This document shows, one piece after another, positions 27,681-37,604 of a stretch of 64,000 nt of DNA. The stretch is from the NCBI GenBank assembly GCA_037189525.1, contig JBBCJC010000002.1:1088001-1152000 (forward strand). Direction: 5' to 3'. The notes below the pieces were generated by a model. That model did no database searches. It was not told the origin of the DNA and was given only the letters and a program-made list of their open reading frames with translations. Both the position numbers and the translations under genes were made by a program. The stretch comes from Gemmatimonadales bacterium (GTDB lineage: Bacteria; Gemmatimonadota; Gemmatimonadetes; Gemmatimonadales; GWC2-71-9). The stretch's first letter is position 1. The number at the start of each line of letters is the position of its first letter.

Positions 27681-30637
27681 CAGAACGAGAGCCGAACCGC
27701 GCCGACGATCCGCGTGAGCGGCGGTGTATTGGCGTAGCTGGTGGCGCTGAAGACGTCCATCACGGCGATGTTGGTCTCGGGGTCGATCCCGGTAAAGTCG
27801 GTCCAGGTTCCCAGGTTGTACGCCGACAGCGTGACCGAACCACGCGCGGCGCCCAGCCGGCGAACCCATCGCTCCGGCAGGGAGTAGTTGGCCGAGACTT
27901 CGCGCAGCTTGGTGTAGCTGGCATCGGACAGGGCATAGTTGAGCGAGCTCCGCATCTGCGCGCCCGCAACTTCGGTCGTCTTGAACGCGCCCGGTTCGTG
28001 GAGCTGACGGCAGGTGCTGCTCTCGGCGCAGCGACCCGACATGTCGCCGTCGATCATCCAGCGGCCGCGGCTGATTTCGACCATGGCCGAGAGCCGAAGG
28101 CGGTTGAAGAGGGTCAGGGTCGGCGTAAGCGAGCCGGTCGTGGTGGGAAGACTGCGCTGGTGGAAGACGGCAGGTGCGGAGCTACAGGCAACCCCGCCGC
28201 CGCTGCCGTTGTCGCACAGAATGTTGACGGCATCTCCGTTTGCGTTGATGTCGGCCGAGATAACCTTGGGACCGAACCACGACGCGACGGGATAGCCGAC
28301 CTGATGCCGCAGGTTGCCGAGGGCGATGAAGCCGTTCGGGTTGCCGACCTCGAGCACCTCGTCGCTGTTGTGCGCTACGCTGGCCATGAGTTCCAGCGCA
28401 GCGGGGCGCGTTTCGATCAACTGGGTACGGACCTGCAGTTCGAATCCGCGATTCTGGATCTTGCCGAGGTTGGCCAGGCGGGTGCCGGGGAATCCGGCCG
28501 AGGGCGCCAGCTCCTGCGCAACGATCGCGTCACGGGTCGTCTTGTGGTACCAGGTGAAGTCGATCCCGACGCGTTCGTCCAGCAGTCCGGCTTCGAAACC
28601 GGCCTCGAGTTCGACGCCGCGTTCGGGCCGGAGATCGGGGTTGCCGAGCGCTGAGGGGGTAACCGTCGGGTTGCCGTCGCCGCCGGTGGTGGGCAGATAA
28701 CGCCGCAGCGCCGCAAAGGCGGCCGGCTGCTGGCCCGATTGTCCGTAGCTTGCGCGAAGCCTCAGCATGTTGATCAGGTTGGCGGGACCGAACGGTTCGT
28801 CGCTCACCACCCAGGCCAGGCCGACCTTGGGATAGACCGCGGCGTCGAAGTCCGACCCGAAGGCGCTGTTGTCATCGGCCCGCAGCCCGGCGGTCAGGAA
28901 CAGGCGTCGCTGCCAGGCCAGCTGCTGCTGGATGAAAGTGCCGACCGTCGTGTTGTTGATGACGCCGTCTTCGCTGACGGAGGTTCGAGCTGTCGACGAG
29001 AGCGCTTCGAGCCCGCTGGTCGGGAACGCATCGCCACGGGCCGTTTTCCGGCTCTCGACTCGCCGATACAGCTGCAGACCTACCGAGGTCTGTGACTCGA
29101 TCGATCCCAGCTGGACGGTGGCGGTACTGGCAAAGTCCACCGTCGCGGTGCGGGCGCTGCGATCCTGGATCGTCTTGCTGCCTGCGCCCAGCCCGCCACC
29201 GAACACGGCCAGCAACCGGTCGCCCATGCGGGGGATCAGATTGATGTTGTTCTCGTCGATCCGATCGATGCCCAGATTGAGGCGCTGGCTGAGCCAGCTG
29301 GCCGGCCGGTGTTCGAACTGCAGCCCACCGGTGACGCGGTCGAGTCCCTGGGAAAAGAAGAACGCCTCCTGCCAGTCGCGCGGCGCGCCGAAGATCCAGC
29401 CTCCGCCCGGCGTATCCGCCTCTGCCGGCTGCGCATGGATCAGCGACCAGACCGGACCGCCGAAGCCGCCGTCCGCGGGAAAGTTCGTCAATCCGGTCAG
29501 GTAGCCCACGTTCGCCGTGACGCGCAGCGAGGGCATCGGTGTGGCGGACAGATTGAGACGGCCACCCGTTCTCCGCATGTCGTTGGTCGGATCGATCCCT
29601 TCCTGGCGCTCGAAGTTGCCGCTCAGGAAATACTGCAGCGCGTCGGTACCTCCGCTGACGTTGAGCCCGTAGGTCTGGTTGTGGCCGGTGCGGAACGGCG
29701 ACCGCCCCGCGGCTTCCTCCCGTTCGACGAAGTTGAACGAGAACGGTTGCCCCGCCGCGTTGCGTCCCCAGCCTGGCCCGATCCGTTCGGCTGGGTTGGC
29801 AAACCAGCTGGCTCCTTGCGTCGTCACCGCGTCCCAGACGGCGCGCGGCCCTCGGCGGCCGCGCTTGGTGATGATCTGGATCACGCCGTTGGCGGCCTCG
29901 GTACCGTACAGCGTAGCTGCCGATGGACCCTTGACGATCTCCATGCTCTCGATGTCTTCGGGATTGAAGTCGTTGAGCCGGGACACGATGGCCACGGATC
30001 GCCCGACCGGGCCGCTCCCGGTAGTGTTGTCGACCCGAACGCCGTCGACGTAGAGCAGCGGCTGGTCGGTCAGGGACAGGCTCGCGACCCCGCGAACTTT
30101 GACACGCGGTCCGCCGCCCACCACGCCGCCGGGCTGAATCGCGACGACGCCAGCTGCGCGACCCTGCAGCAGGTCGGTGACCGAACGGGTCGGCGCGATC
30201 TCGGCAACACCGGAGACGTCCACCGTCGAAACCGAGTTGGACAGCGCCCGCCGTTCGGTGGCGCCCGGCGTGCCGGTGACGATCACTTCTTCGAGGTTGA
30301 TGGCCGTGGCCGCCATCGCAATGCGAATGCTCTGGTCGCCGGCGCGAATTCGCTGCACGATCGGCCGGTATCCGATCCGGCGCGCCGAGAGTTCGATCTC
30401 CGTGCCTGACAGGTTATCGAATCGAAAACGTCCCGCCCGATCGGTGACCGTCGAAACGCCGCCGGCGGACACGACCACATCCGACAACGGTTGGAGCGAC
30501 TGACCGTCGACCACGACGCCCGCTGTCGGCGCCGGTTGCGGCGTGGCGGCATCCAGGGGGGCCGCGCCGGCAAGGCACAGCCATCCCAGGATGGTGATGG
30601 ACAGGCGAAGACGCCCCTGACCCAGTGGCGCTGACAT
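27680..30637 (-). CDS. SusC/RagA family TonB-linked outer membrane protein
   Basis: PLLYVDGVR, NPEDIESMEIVKGPSAATLYGTEAANGVIQIITKRG, LRADDNSAFG, KLREVS, DPE, terminal F; SD GGAGGG. Confidence 0.94.
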   Translation of the reverse strand: MSAPLGQGRLRLSITILGWLCLAGAAPLDAATPQPAPTAGVVVDGQSLQPLSDVVVSAGGVSTVTDRAGRFRFDNLSGTEIELSARRIGYRPIVQRIRAGDQSIRIAMAATAINLEEVIVTGTPGATERRALSNSVSTVDVSGVAEIAPTRSVTDLLQGRAAGVVAIQPGGVVGGGPRVKVRGVASLSLTDQPLLYVDGVRVDNTTGSGPVGRSVAIVSRLNDFNPEDIESMEIVKGPSAATLYGTEAANGVIQIITKRGRRGPRAVWDAVTTQGASWFANPAERIGPGWGRNAAGQPFSFNFVEREEAAGRSPFRTGHNQTYGLNVSGGTDALQYFLSGNFERQEGIDPTNDMRRTGGRLNLSATPMPSLRVTANVGYLTGLTNFPADGGFGGPVWSLIHAQPAEADTPGGGWIFGAPRDWQEAFFFSQGLDRVTGGLQFEHRPASWLSQRLNLGIDRIDENNINLIPRMGDRLLAVFGGGLGAGSKTIQDRSARTATVDFASTATVQLGSIESQTSVGLQLYRRVESRKTARGDAFPTSGLEALSSTARTSVSEDGVINNTTVGTFIQQQLAWQRRLFLTAGLRADDNSAFGSDFDAAVYPKVGLAWVVSDEPFGPANLINMLRLRASYGQSGQQPAAFAALRRYLPTTGGDGNPTVTPSALGNPDLRPERGVELEAGFEAGLLDERVGIDFTWYHKTTRDAIVAQELAPSAGFPGTRLANLGKIQNRGFELQVRTQLIETRPAALELMASVAHNSDEVLEVGNPNGFIALGNLRHQVGYPVASWFGPKVISADINANGDAVNILCDNGSGGGVACSSAPAVFHQRSLPTTTGSLTPTLTLFNRLRLSAMVEISRGRWMIDGDMSGRCAESSTCRQLHEPGAFKTTEVAGAQMRSSLNYALSDASYTKLREVSANYSLPERWVRRLGAARGSVTLSAYNLGTWTDFTGIDPETNIAVMDVFSATSYANTPPLTRIVGAVRLSF

Positions 30638-30744
30638 CGATGTTCCCTCCGGTGCGAGCAGGTGGTACGAACGGGAGATCTGCGCCGCGGACGCGGTCCG
30701 CAGGTCCGAGAAGGAATTCAATATCCGTCTCGCTCGCGCCTACC

Positions 30745-30775
30745 GTCTTGCACGCTTACACGGGGGGTTGGTACG
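30745..30775 (-). promoter_or_regulatory. Candidate AraC-family operator upstream of susC
   Basis: + strand GTCTTGCA-N10-GGGGGTTGGTACG; matches the motif at 35323-35353 with identical spacing. Confidence 0.5.
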
Positions 30776-30850
30776 GGAACCGGGTTGGGTGGATGCGACC
30801 GAGCCCCCGGAGCCAACCTGGCGTTCGAGGGCTCGGAAAAGGCGCGGCGC

Positions 30851-32185
30851 TCAGTCGTCGAAGCTGTAGCGGACCGTGGGAAACTCGGCGGCCAGCTCCC
30901 CCACGGCCGCGGCGACCACACTGCTCGAACTCTCGTGGCGGACGACCCGGCTGATCAGGCGCGCGATCCGGATCATCTCGGGTTCCTTCATCCCCTGGCG
31001 AGTCACCTCCTGCACCGAAATCCGGGTGCCGAGTTCGGCCTCGCCGTCGATCCCGTCGGGTAAGTTGGTCACCGGGAGGAGGATGTTGGCTGCCTCGCAG
31101 GCCAGGGCGATCGATCGTGCCCCGTACGCGCGCAGGTCAACCAGCACCTGATGAGTTCGGGTGAACCCGCGCGCCCCGCCCAGCACGTCGAACCCTTCCT
31201 CGGACAGTGCGACCGCGAGAGCCTGGGCGTTGGCGACGATCTGCCGAGCATAGGCCGGCCCGTGTTCGAGCATTTCGGCAAAGGCGTATGCGGTAGCCGC
31301 GTAGTGGCTCTGGTCGTGGGTCTGCACGAAGGGCGGAAAGGTGAGCGCCAGCATGCGCCGGGCGACTTCAGCGTCGTTGGTGACGCTCAACCCGCCGATC
31401 GGTCCGCCCATGATCTTGTGCGTTCCGGTCGCCATGATGTCGGCGCCTTCGGCCAGCGGGTCCTGGAACTGGCCGGCCGATATCAACAAGCTCACGTGCG
31501 CCGCGTCATAGAGGATCCGGGCGCCGACTTCGTCCGCGATCTGTCGCAGCTCGGCCAGCGGATACGGAAAGAGGATTTTGGTGCCGCCGATCACGAAGAA
31601 CTTGGGCCGAACCCGCCGGGCAATCGGCGCCAGGGCCTCCACGTCGATCCCGAAATGATCGGCGGCCGGAATCGGTTCCACCCGTAAGCCGCGCAGCTTG
31701 GGGATCGCCATCGCGTTGTAATTCCAGTTGGCGCCGCCCCGCATACTCTGGGTCATGATGGTGTCGCCGGGCTCGGTCAGCGCAAAGAGCGCCACGGCAT
31801 TCGCCATCGTGGTGCTGGTGGTGCGCCACTCGACATACTCGGCCCGGAAGAGCCGGCGGCAGATCGAAATCAGGATCGCTTCGATCTCATCGATGTGGGC
31901 GTCGTGGCCGCGAGGCCACTCCTTGGCGCCGGGGAAACCCTCGGTTGCGCGAGTTGCCAGGTAACTCGATCGCAGCGAGCGGGCGCCCAGGCTGGTGGTG
32001 TTCTCCGCGGGCATCAGGTTGAGGCAGCGGCTTCGCCAGACGTCGTGACTGCCAACCAGGCCCGCCACCCGGTCGGCCAGGCCGCGAGGGGAGAGCTGGC
32101 GAATCTCGGCTTCGATGCGGCGAATGAAGTCGAGACTCTCCGCCGGCATGACACGGTCATCGATTGAATGCGAAGCGAGACTCAT
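30851..32185 (-). CDS. Divergent SHMT-fold PLP enzyme (hydroxymethyltransferase/aldolase/transaldolase-like)
   Basis: LNLMPAEN, EGFPG, YDAAH, GTHKIMGGP.GG, NAQALA, T.THQVLVD, TRQGMKE; ATG overlaps the permease stop. Confidence 0.88.
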   Translation of the reverse strand: MSLASHSIDDRVMPAESLDFIRRIEAEIRQLSPRGLADRVAGLVGSHDVWRSRCLNLMPAENTTSLGARSLRSSYLATRATEGFPGAKEWPRGHDAHIDEIEAILISICRRLFRAEYVEWRTTSTTMANAVALFALTEPGDTIMTQSMRGGANWNYNAMAIPKLRGLRVEPIPAADHFGIDVEALAPIARRVRPKFFVIGGTKILFPYPLAELRQIADEVGARILYDAAHVSLLISAGQFQDPLAEGADIMATGTHKIMGGPIGGLSVTNDAEVARRMLALTFPPFVQTHDQSHYAATAYAFAEMLEHGPAYARQIVANAQALAVALSEEGFDVLGGARGFTRTHQVLVDLRAYGARSIALACEAANILLPVTNLPDGIDGEAELGTRISVQEVTRQGMKEPEMIRIARLISRVVRHESSSSVVAAAVGELAAEFPTVRYSFDD

Positions 32186-33564
32186 GACGGCGCGTCCTTC
32201 CGTCGGGCGGCGGCACGACGGGTCCAATAGAGGTAGAACGGCACACCCGACAGCGTCAGCACGATGCCGACGGTGGATTCGAGCGGACGCTGAATCAGCG
32301 TATTGGTCAGATACCAGATACTGAACGCTGCAAAGATGAGCGGCGTGACGGGATATCCCCACAATCGATACGGCCGGAGGAGATCGGGCTCGCGCCGCCG
32401 CAGCATCACGACGGACCACACGGCCAGTGCGCAGAAGAGGAAATCGACGAAGGCGTAGTACGTCAGGATCGTCTCGAAGCTGCCCGACAGCGCAAACAGC
32501 GAGGCCAGGACTCCCTGGACCAGGATGGCGTTGGCCGGCGTCCGATGGCGCGGATGGATTCTTTCGAGGGCCGCAAAGAAAAGCCCGTCCTTGGACATGG
32601 CGTAGTAGGTTCGCGTGCACGACAGCAGGACGGCATTGGCAGTCCCGAAGGTCGAGATCATCACCGCCAGTGCAGTCAGCCCCCCGCCGACCGGACCCAG
32701 CAGCCGCTCCATGGCCAGGGCAGCCGGCCGCGTCGTCGTTTGCAGATCCTCGAACGGCAGCACCCGGAGCAGCGCCAGGTTGAGCGCGAGGTAGACGACG
32801 AGCACGATGGCAATGCCGGCAAGGATCGAGAGCGGCAGGTTGCGCTCGGGACGTTTCACCTCGCCAGCCACGTAGGCGGAGTAGGTCCATCCGTTATAGG
32901 CAAAGAGCGCCGGGATGAGCGCGGTGCCGAACGCGGCCAGCAGGCCCGCCCCGGCAGGCGGAGCCGAGATCGCCGCCGCGGTCGGGGGCGTACCCGGCGC
33001 GTCGAGCAGCAGGCAAACGGCAATCACCCCGGCCAGCGCAATGAGCTTGAGACCGGTCGCCACGTTCTGCACCGCGCCGGCCAGCCGAACACTGAGATAG
33101 TTGATCAGGGTCAGGAAGAGGATCAGGCCGATGGCCACCGCGCGTTTCTCGCCCGGTCCGTACGGAATGACCCGCTCGAAGTAGTAGCCCGCGTACTCCG
33201 CAAAGGCGGTTGCCACGGCCGCGATGGCGCCCGTGAAGGACGCGAAGAACATGGCCCAGCCGAACAGGAACGCCAGCAGCGGCGAGCGATATCCCCGCCG
33301 GAGGAAGACGTACTGGCCACCCGTTTCCGGCACCGCCGACGAAAGCTCGGCAAAGCAGAGTGCGCCGCAGGCCGCAATCAGTCCGGCAATGACCCATACC
33401 GCTAGCGCACCTGCCGGGGTGCCGATTTCGCGCGCGACGATGGCCGGGGAAATGAAGATCCCCGAGCCGATGATACCGCCGATGACGATGCTGGTGGCGC
33501 CGAGCGGACCCAAGGCGCGGGCCAGCCCGTTCCCGTCGCGCGGCGTATCGGTGGTCTCGGCCAC
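32182..33564 (-). CDS. APC-family amino acid permease (LAT/SteT-like)
   Basis: GGIIGSGIF, CFAEL...P..GG.Y, FAYNGW, GEVKRP.RNLP, RPYRLWGYP; GTG start just after the upstream stop. Confidence 0.92.
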   Translation of the reverse strand: MAETTDTPRDGNGLARALGPLGATSIVIGGIIGSGIFISPAIVAREIGTPAGALAVWVIAGLIAACGALCFAELSSAVPETGGQYVFLRRGYRSPLLAFLFGWAMFFASFTGAIAAVATAFAEYAGYYFERVIPYGPGEKRAVAIGLILFLTLINYLSVRLAGAVQNVATGLKLIALAGVIAVCLLLDAPGTPPTAAAISAPPAGAGLLAAFGTALIPALFAYNGWTYSAYVAGEVKRPERNLPLSILAGIAIVLVVYLALNLALLRVLPFEDLQTTTRPAALAMERLLGPVGGGLTALAVMISTFGTANAVLLSCTRTYYAMSKDGLFFAALERIHPRHRTPANAILVQGVLASLFALSGSFETILTYYAFVDFLFCALAVWSVVMLRRREPDLLRPYRLWGYPVTPLIFAAFSIWYLTNTLIQRPLESTVGIVLTLSGVPFYLYWTRRAAARRKDAPS

Positions 33565-33565
33565 G

Positions 33566-35260
33566 TCAGCGGCCCCGCGCCGCGGCAATGGCGAGCACGG
33601 CGTCCAGGGCCGGATCGCGACCGGCAAAATAGTCAGCCGCCCGCACCGACACCGGAAGCTCCGGAACGATGGCCTGGCGGCTGTCGGGCCAGAAGGAGAA
33701 CTGGTGGTACCAGTTGGAGATCGTTACCTGAATTCCGCTGTACGGCAGCGCGAAGAAGTTGGGGCCTTCTCCGACGAAGTTGGGACTGGAACCGGTCGGC
33801 TCGCCCACGAAGATGGCGTCTGTGAGGCGATCGACGTTGGTCGAAAAATTCTGCGCCGCCGAGAAGGTGTGCCGGCTGGTGAGGTAGAAGATCCGGCGCT
33901 CGGGGTCGGCGTCCTGGAACGCCGCGATCAGGCGGAGCAACGGCGGAAACAGGAAGCTGTTGCCCCCGGTATTGTGGCGGACATCGACGATCAGATGCCG
34001 TACCGCCGGGTCCGCTATGGCCGCCCGAAGCCTGGGCACGAAGCGGCTGAGCGGATCGTCTGCTACCTCCGCGACCTGATTGAACTGGAAGTAGACCGCC
34101 TGGGCTTCGGGCAACGGCGTGAGCCAATAGGGCGTCCTGACGTTGCGCAGATACAGAGGCGTTACCGCACTCGCCCCGGGTGGCGGACTCAGTTTGGCCG
34201 GCGCCTGAGTGCGGAGCGGACCACCGGCCAGCCGGACCTCGCGGGTTCGTCCGGTTGCATCCCGTACCGTCAACGTCACGGAATCGGGCGAATCCGACGC
34301 GCCGAGAGCGTGAAGGTAGTCGACGATGGTCAACGTCCACGCCCCGACCCACTTGAGGCCCATATCGTTGTCGCGATTGACCAGCGCCGGCAGGTCGGCA
34401 ACGACCGCATCGGCGGAACGAGCCCCGAATCGGAGCACTTGGCTTCCGATCAGGCCGGTTGCCGCGTCGGTTGCGCCGACCACGTAGACACCGTCGTCGA
34501 AGAGATAGAGATCGAGAGGAAGCTGTCGCGTCGTTGCGGGCGGCGCAACGCGGGTGTGACCATCTTCCAGGGCGACAACCAGTCGCTGCAACTCGACCGC
34601 GAACTGCCGTTCCGTCAGCAAAGGAATGCGCGTCTCGAGCGCCGAAGCCAGGGAGTCGAAGCGAGGGGAAAACGCCTGCCGTTTGAAACTCGCGTGGAGT
34701 CGCTGGGCCTCGCGGACGAGGAAGCGGACATCGTACCGATACCCCTCGTCGCGCGTAAAGGGCCGATCGGGCAGCATGCCGGCCAACTCGCGGAACTCGG
34801 GGTCACTGCGGTAGCTGCGGAAGATGGTGTCCGTCGCCAGATTGGTGCGGGGCGTATACCGCCAGGCGAGAGCCCGCCGGATCCACTCGAAGGCCCCCGC
34901 CCGGTCGCCCCGGAGCGCGGCAGCCTTGGCCAGTTCGTGCGCAAATCGTTCCCGGAAGAAGAAGGTGCCGTGCTCGATGGCCCGCTCCGCGCCGGCGGTA
35001 AAGTCCTGGCGGCCGCTCGCGTAGAACGAGGCGAAGGTGTACTTGTACCACATCTCCCCGTCGCTCGGGTAGTCGGCCGCCAGGCGGTGGTAGAGCCGGG
35101 CCGCCGTGGCATGATCCGCTAGCCGGCTCGCGGCATTGGCGCTGTCCAGCAGAATGAACCGGTCGACCGGCGGAAGCTGCTGAGCGCCGAGCAGGGCCGG
35201 AATCAGCGATGCGAGGATGAAACCACCGATGCGCCATCGGGGGAAGGACGGTCTCGGCAT
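33566..35260 (-). CDS. Secreted protein with N-terminal TPR-like helices and an S41-peptidase-like domain
   Basis: Signal peptide; L.DGHT, LIVDVRHNTGGN, TFSAA, VGEPTG, P.LPV.....DY.AGRDP.L. Confidence 0.78.
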   Translation of the reverse strand: MPRPSFPRWRIGGFILASLIPALLGAQQLPPVDRFILLDSANAASRLADHATAARLYHRLAADYPSDGEMWYKYTFASFYASGRQDFTAGAERAIEHGTFFFRERFAHELAKAAALRGDRAGAFEWIRRALAWRYTPRTNLATDTIFRSYRSDPEFRELAGMLPDRPFTRDEGYRYDVRFLVREAQRLHASFKRQAFSPRFDSLASALETRIPLLTERQFAVELQRLVVALEDGHTRVAPPATTRQLPLDLYLFDDGVYVVGATDAATGLIGSQVLRFGARSADAVVADLPALVNRDNDMGLKWVGAWTLTIVDYLHALGASDSPDSVTLTVRDATGRTREVRLAGGPLRTQAPAKLSPPPGASAVTPLYLRNVRTPYWLTPLPEAQAVYFQFNQVAEVADDPLSRFVPRLRAAIADPAVRHLIVDVRHNTGGNSFLFPPLLRLIAAFQDADPERRIFYLTSRHTFSAAQNFSTNVDRLTDAIFVGEPTGSSPNFVGEGPNFFALPYSGIQVTISNWYHQFSFWPDSRQAIVPELPVSVRAADYFAGRDPALDAVLAIAAARGR

Positions 35261-35322
35261 GAGCCCTCGAACTGTTGCGGGAACGATCGGCGGCGCTAAC
35301 GCTACATCCCGGCGCGACCGGT

Positions 35323-35353
35323 GTCTTGTATCCCGTAGAGGCGGGTTGGAACG
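35323..35353 (-). promoter_or_regulatory. Candidate AraC-family operator upstream of the S41-permease-PLP enzyme operon
   Basis: + strand GTCTTGTA-N10-GCGGGTTGGAACG; a minus-strand TAGCGT -10-like hexamer lies 18 bp downstream of CAAGAC. Confidence 0.5.
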
Positions 35354-35363
35354 AACGGCGTCC

Positions 35364-36179
35364 TCAGCCGGAGCGCGGCGTCCACGGCGTGCGGCGGTAC
35401 CGCGCCGGCGTAATGCCGGTGTGCCGCTTGAAGATTCGGGTAAAGTGGCTCTGGTCGGCAAACCCCGCGGTCACGGCCACCTCTGCGAGCGAACGGTCGG
35501 ACCCCGCCATCAGCTGGCGAGCATAGTTGATTCGCAAGCTGCGGATATATTCGCCCACCGAACATCCGAACTGTTGCCGAAACACGGTGGTCAGGTGGGC
35601 GGGATGGATGCCGACTTCACCGGCCAGACGGCGCAAGCCCAGCGGCATGGTAAAGGAGTCGTGCAGGATGTCCCGCGCCGTTTCGACCCAGGCCGGTCGA
35701 CCTGATAGCTGGGCAAGTCGGTTGGCCCGCGAGGCATGGACCATCAGTTCCAGCGCGATACCTTCGAGCACCAGGCCCGTCAGGTCATCCGGTTGCTCGA
35801 GCTCCCGGCAAATCCGAAGGCCCAGGTCGAGCAGGGTGCTGTTGACGAAGTGCATCGGCGCCGAGAGCGCGCGCTCGATCGCCCGGTCGCCCTCCAGACG
35901 CAGCGCCGGCACGCCCACCGCCAGATACCGGGCTCCCGTGCCTCCGACCCGGCACTCGTGCGACTCGCCCGCCGGTTTGAAGGTGACGTCGAATCGGCGA
36001 CAGGTCAGATGTTGCCGGCCCACCGTTTCCGTCAGCGACCCGTCCAGCATGAAACAGAACTCGGCCATGTCATGGACGTGCCAGGGCCGCTCGGCGTGCG
36101 GCGCGTAGCCCGCCTCGGTGAGCACGAAGCCGGAGGCCTGTACTTCGTGATAGCCGGTTTTTCCTGGGATGGCGTCCAT
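35364..36179 (-). CDS. AraC family transcriptional regulator with cupin sensor
   Basis: PWHVHD cupin; LA.EVGIHP.HL...FR...G; GFADQSHFTRIFKRHTGITP..YR. Confidence 0.94.
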   Translation of the reverse strand: MDAIPGKTGYHEVQASGFVLTEAGYAPHAERPWHVHDMAEFCFMLDGSLTETVGRQHLTCRRFDVTFKPAGESHECRVGGTGARYLAVGVPALRLEGDRAIERALSAPMHFVNSTLLDLGLRICRELEQPDDLTGLVLEGIALELMVHASRANRLAQLSGRPAWVETARDILHDSFTMPLGLRRLAGEVGIHPAHLTTVFRQQFGCSVGEYIRSLRINYARQLMAGSDRSLAEVAVTAGFADQSHFTRIFKRHTGITPARYRRTPWTPRSG

Positions 36180-36206
36180 GAGTGCTCGAGCGTCGAACGG
36201 GTAGCG

Positions 36207-37604
36207 TCAAGGATACGAAGCCGTCAGGGAATCTACCATCTGACGCAGTTCGTTCCGGGCAAGCCAGCGCCCGCGGATGGCGACACCCGCGATGCGTCCG
36301 ACATTGCCGATGTCCTCCAGCGGGCTGGCATCGAGCAGCACCAGATCTGCCCGGCTACCCACGCTGATCGTGCCCCGGTGCGCGGCGTCGCCGATGAACT
36401 CAGCCGGGTTGCGAGTGGCCGTGACCAAAGCCTCGTAGGGCGACAAACCAGCCGCAACGAAGTGCCGGAGCTCCCGGTGCAACGAAGGGCCCGCGACCAC
36501 GGCCGGTACGCCGACGTCCGTCCCCGCCAGGAGCCGCACGCCTGCGTCCTGGAATCCCTTCACCAGCGCTTTGGCAAAGTCGCCGGCTTCCCAGAATGCC
36601 GCCGCATCCGTCGGGCGGAAGGCGCGATGGTACGGATTGCTGGCCGCGTCCCACGACGCGCGCATGGCCGGCGGTACCAGCTGCATCTCGTCGCCTGCCA
36701 TCAACGCGGGGAGGCTGTCCAACTGGCGCGGAATGTTGAGGAAGACTTCGAGCGTCGGTGTCACCCAGATCCCCGAGCGGGCCACCCGGCGGGCCAGGGC
36801 GGGAATCTCGGGAAGCAACGCGCTCGTGTTGTGACGATTCTTGGTGGCGTGATGGTTGAAGTGGCCGTACATCACTTCTTCCATATGCACGATGTTCGCC
36901 TGTCCCGAGGTCAGCGTCGTCTCGAGACAGGTGGAACAGTAACAGACGATCCTGGTAGGTTCGCAGCGATCGAGGCCGTCGGGGCCGAGACCGCGGACGA
37001 CATGGCCGACCACCGGGATCCCGATCCGTCGGGCCGCGGAGATGATGCCCCAGTAAGCGGCTCGATTGAGCTGGTTGTACACCTTGATGTATTGATAGCC
37101 CGCAGCCGCATCGTCGGTTGCGATCCGCTCGCCGTCGGCAAAGGTCAGCGTCGAGTCGTTCCAGATCGGGCCGGTGGTGACCATTGTCGGGCCGGTCACG
37201 GCTCCCGTGGCGAACTGTTCACGGAGGCGGAGATGTTCCGGAGAACCGCGCATGTTGAAGACGGTGGTGACACCGTGAGCGACATAGAGCAGGCCCAGCG
37301 CCCGGTTGACGGAGTCACTTCGCCCGAAGTGGACATGCATGTCCGCCAGCCCCGGAATCAGGAACTTGCCGCGGCCGTCGATTTGTCGCGCGTCCCGCGG
37401 AATCGCAACATCGGATGCGGGGCCGGCCGCCACGATCATCCCGTTGGCCAGGACCACTGTCTGATTGGGACGGGGAGTGCTGTCGTGCATCGTGATCGTG
37501 GTGACGTTGACGATGGCGACAGGAGCTGGAACGGAATGCGGGGAAGGGTTCTGGGCGCCGAATACGATTGCCGTCAGCAGACAGTAGCAGCCCAGATCAC
37601 CCAT
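36207..37604 (-). CDS. Secreted metal-dependent amidohydrolase
   Basis: IDGRGKFLIPGLADMHVH, GVTTV, IKVY, GHV, VHMEE, LAGTD, G.RADLVLLD..PL.DI. Confidence 0.9.
   Translation of the reverse strand: MGDLGCYCLLTAIVFGAQNPSPHSVPAPVAIVNVTTITMHDSTPRPNQTVVLANGMIVAAGPASDVAIPRDARQIDGRGKFLIPGLADMHVHFGRSDSVNRALGLLYVAHGVTTVFNMRGSPEHLRLREQFATGAVTGPTMVTTGPIWNDSTLTFADGERIATDDAAAGYQYIKVYNQLNRAAYWGIISAARRIGIPVVGHVVRGLGPDGLDRCEPTRIVCYCSTCLETTLTSGQANIVHMEEVMYGHFNHHATKNRHNTSALLPEIPALARRVARSGIWVTPTLEVFLNIPRQLDSLPALMAGDEMQLVPPAMRASWDAASNPYHRAFRPTDAAAFWEAGDFAKALVKGFQDAGVRLLAGTDVGVPAVVAGPSLHRELRHFVAAGLSPYEALVTATRNPAEFIGDAAHRGTISVGSRADLVLLDASPLEDIGNVGRIAGVAIRGRWLARNELRQMVDSLTASYP

Noticed and set aside
30851..32890. 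679-aa version of the PLP enzyme as a fusion protein
   Set aside because: The N-terminal extension is an alternative frame over the permease; the ATGA overlap supports the start at 32185.
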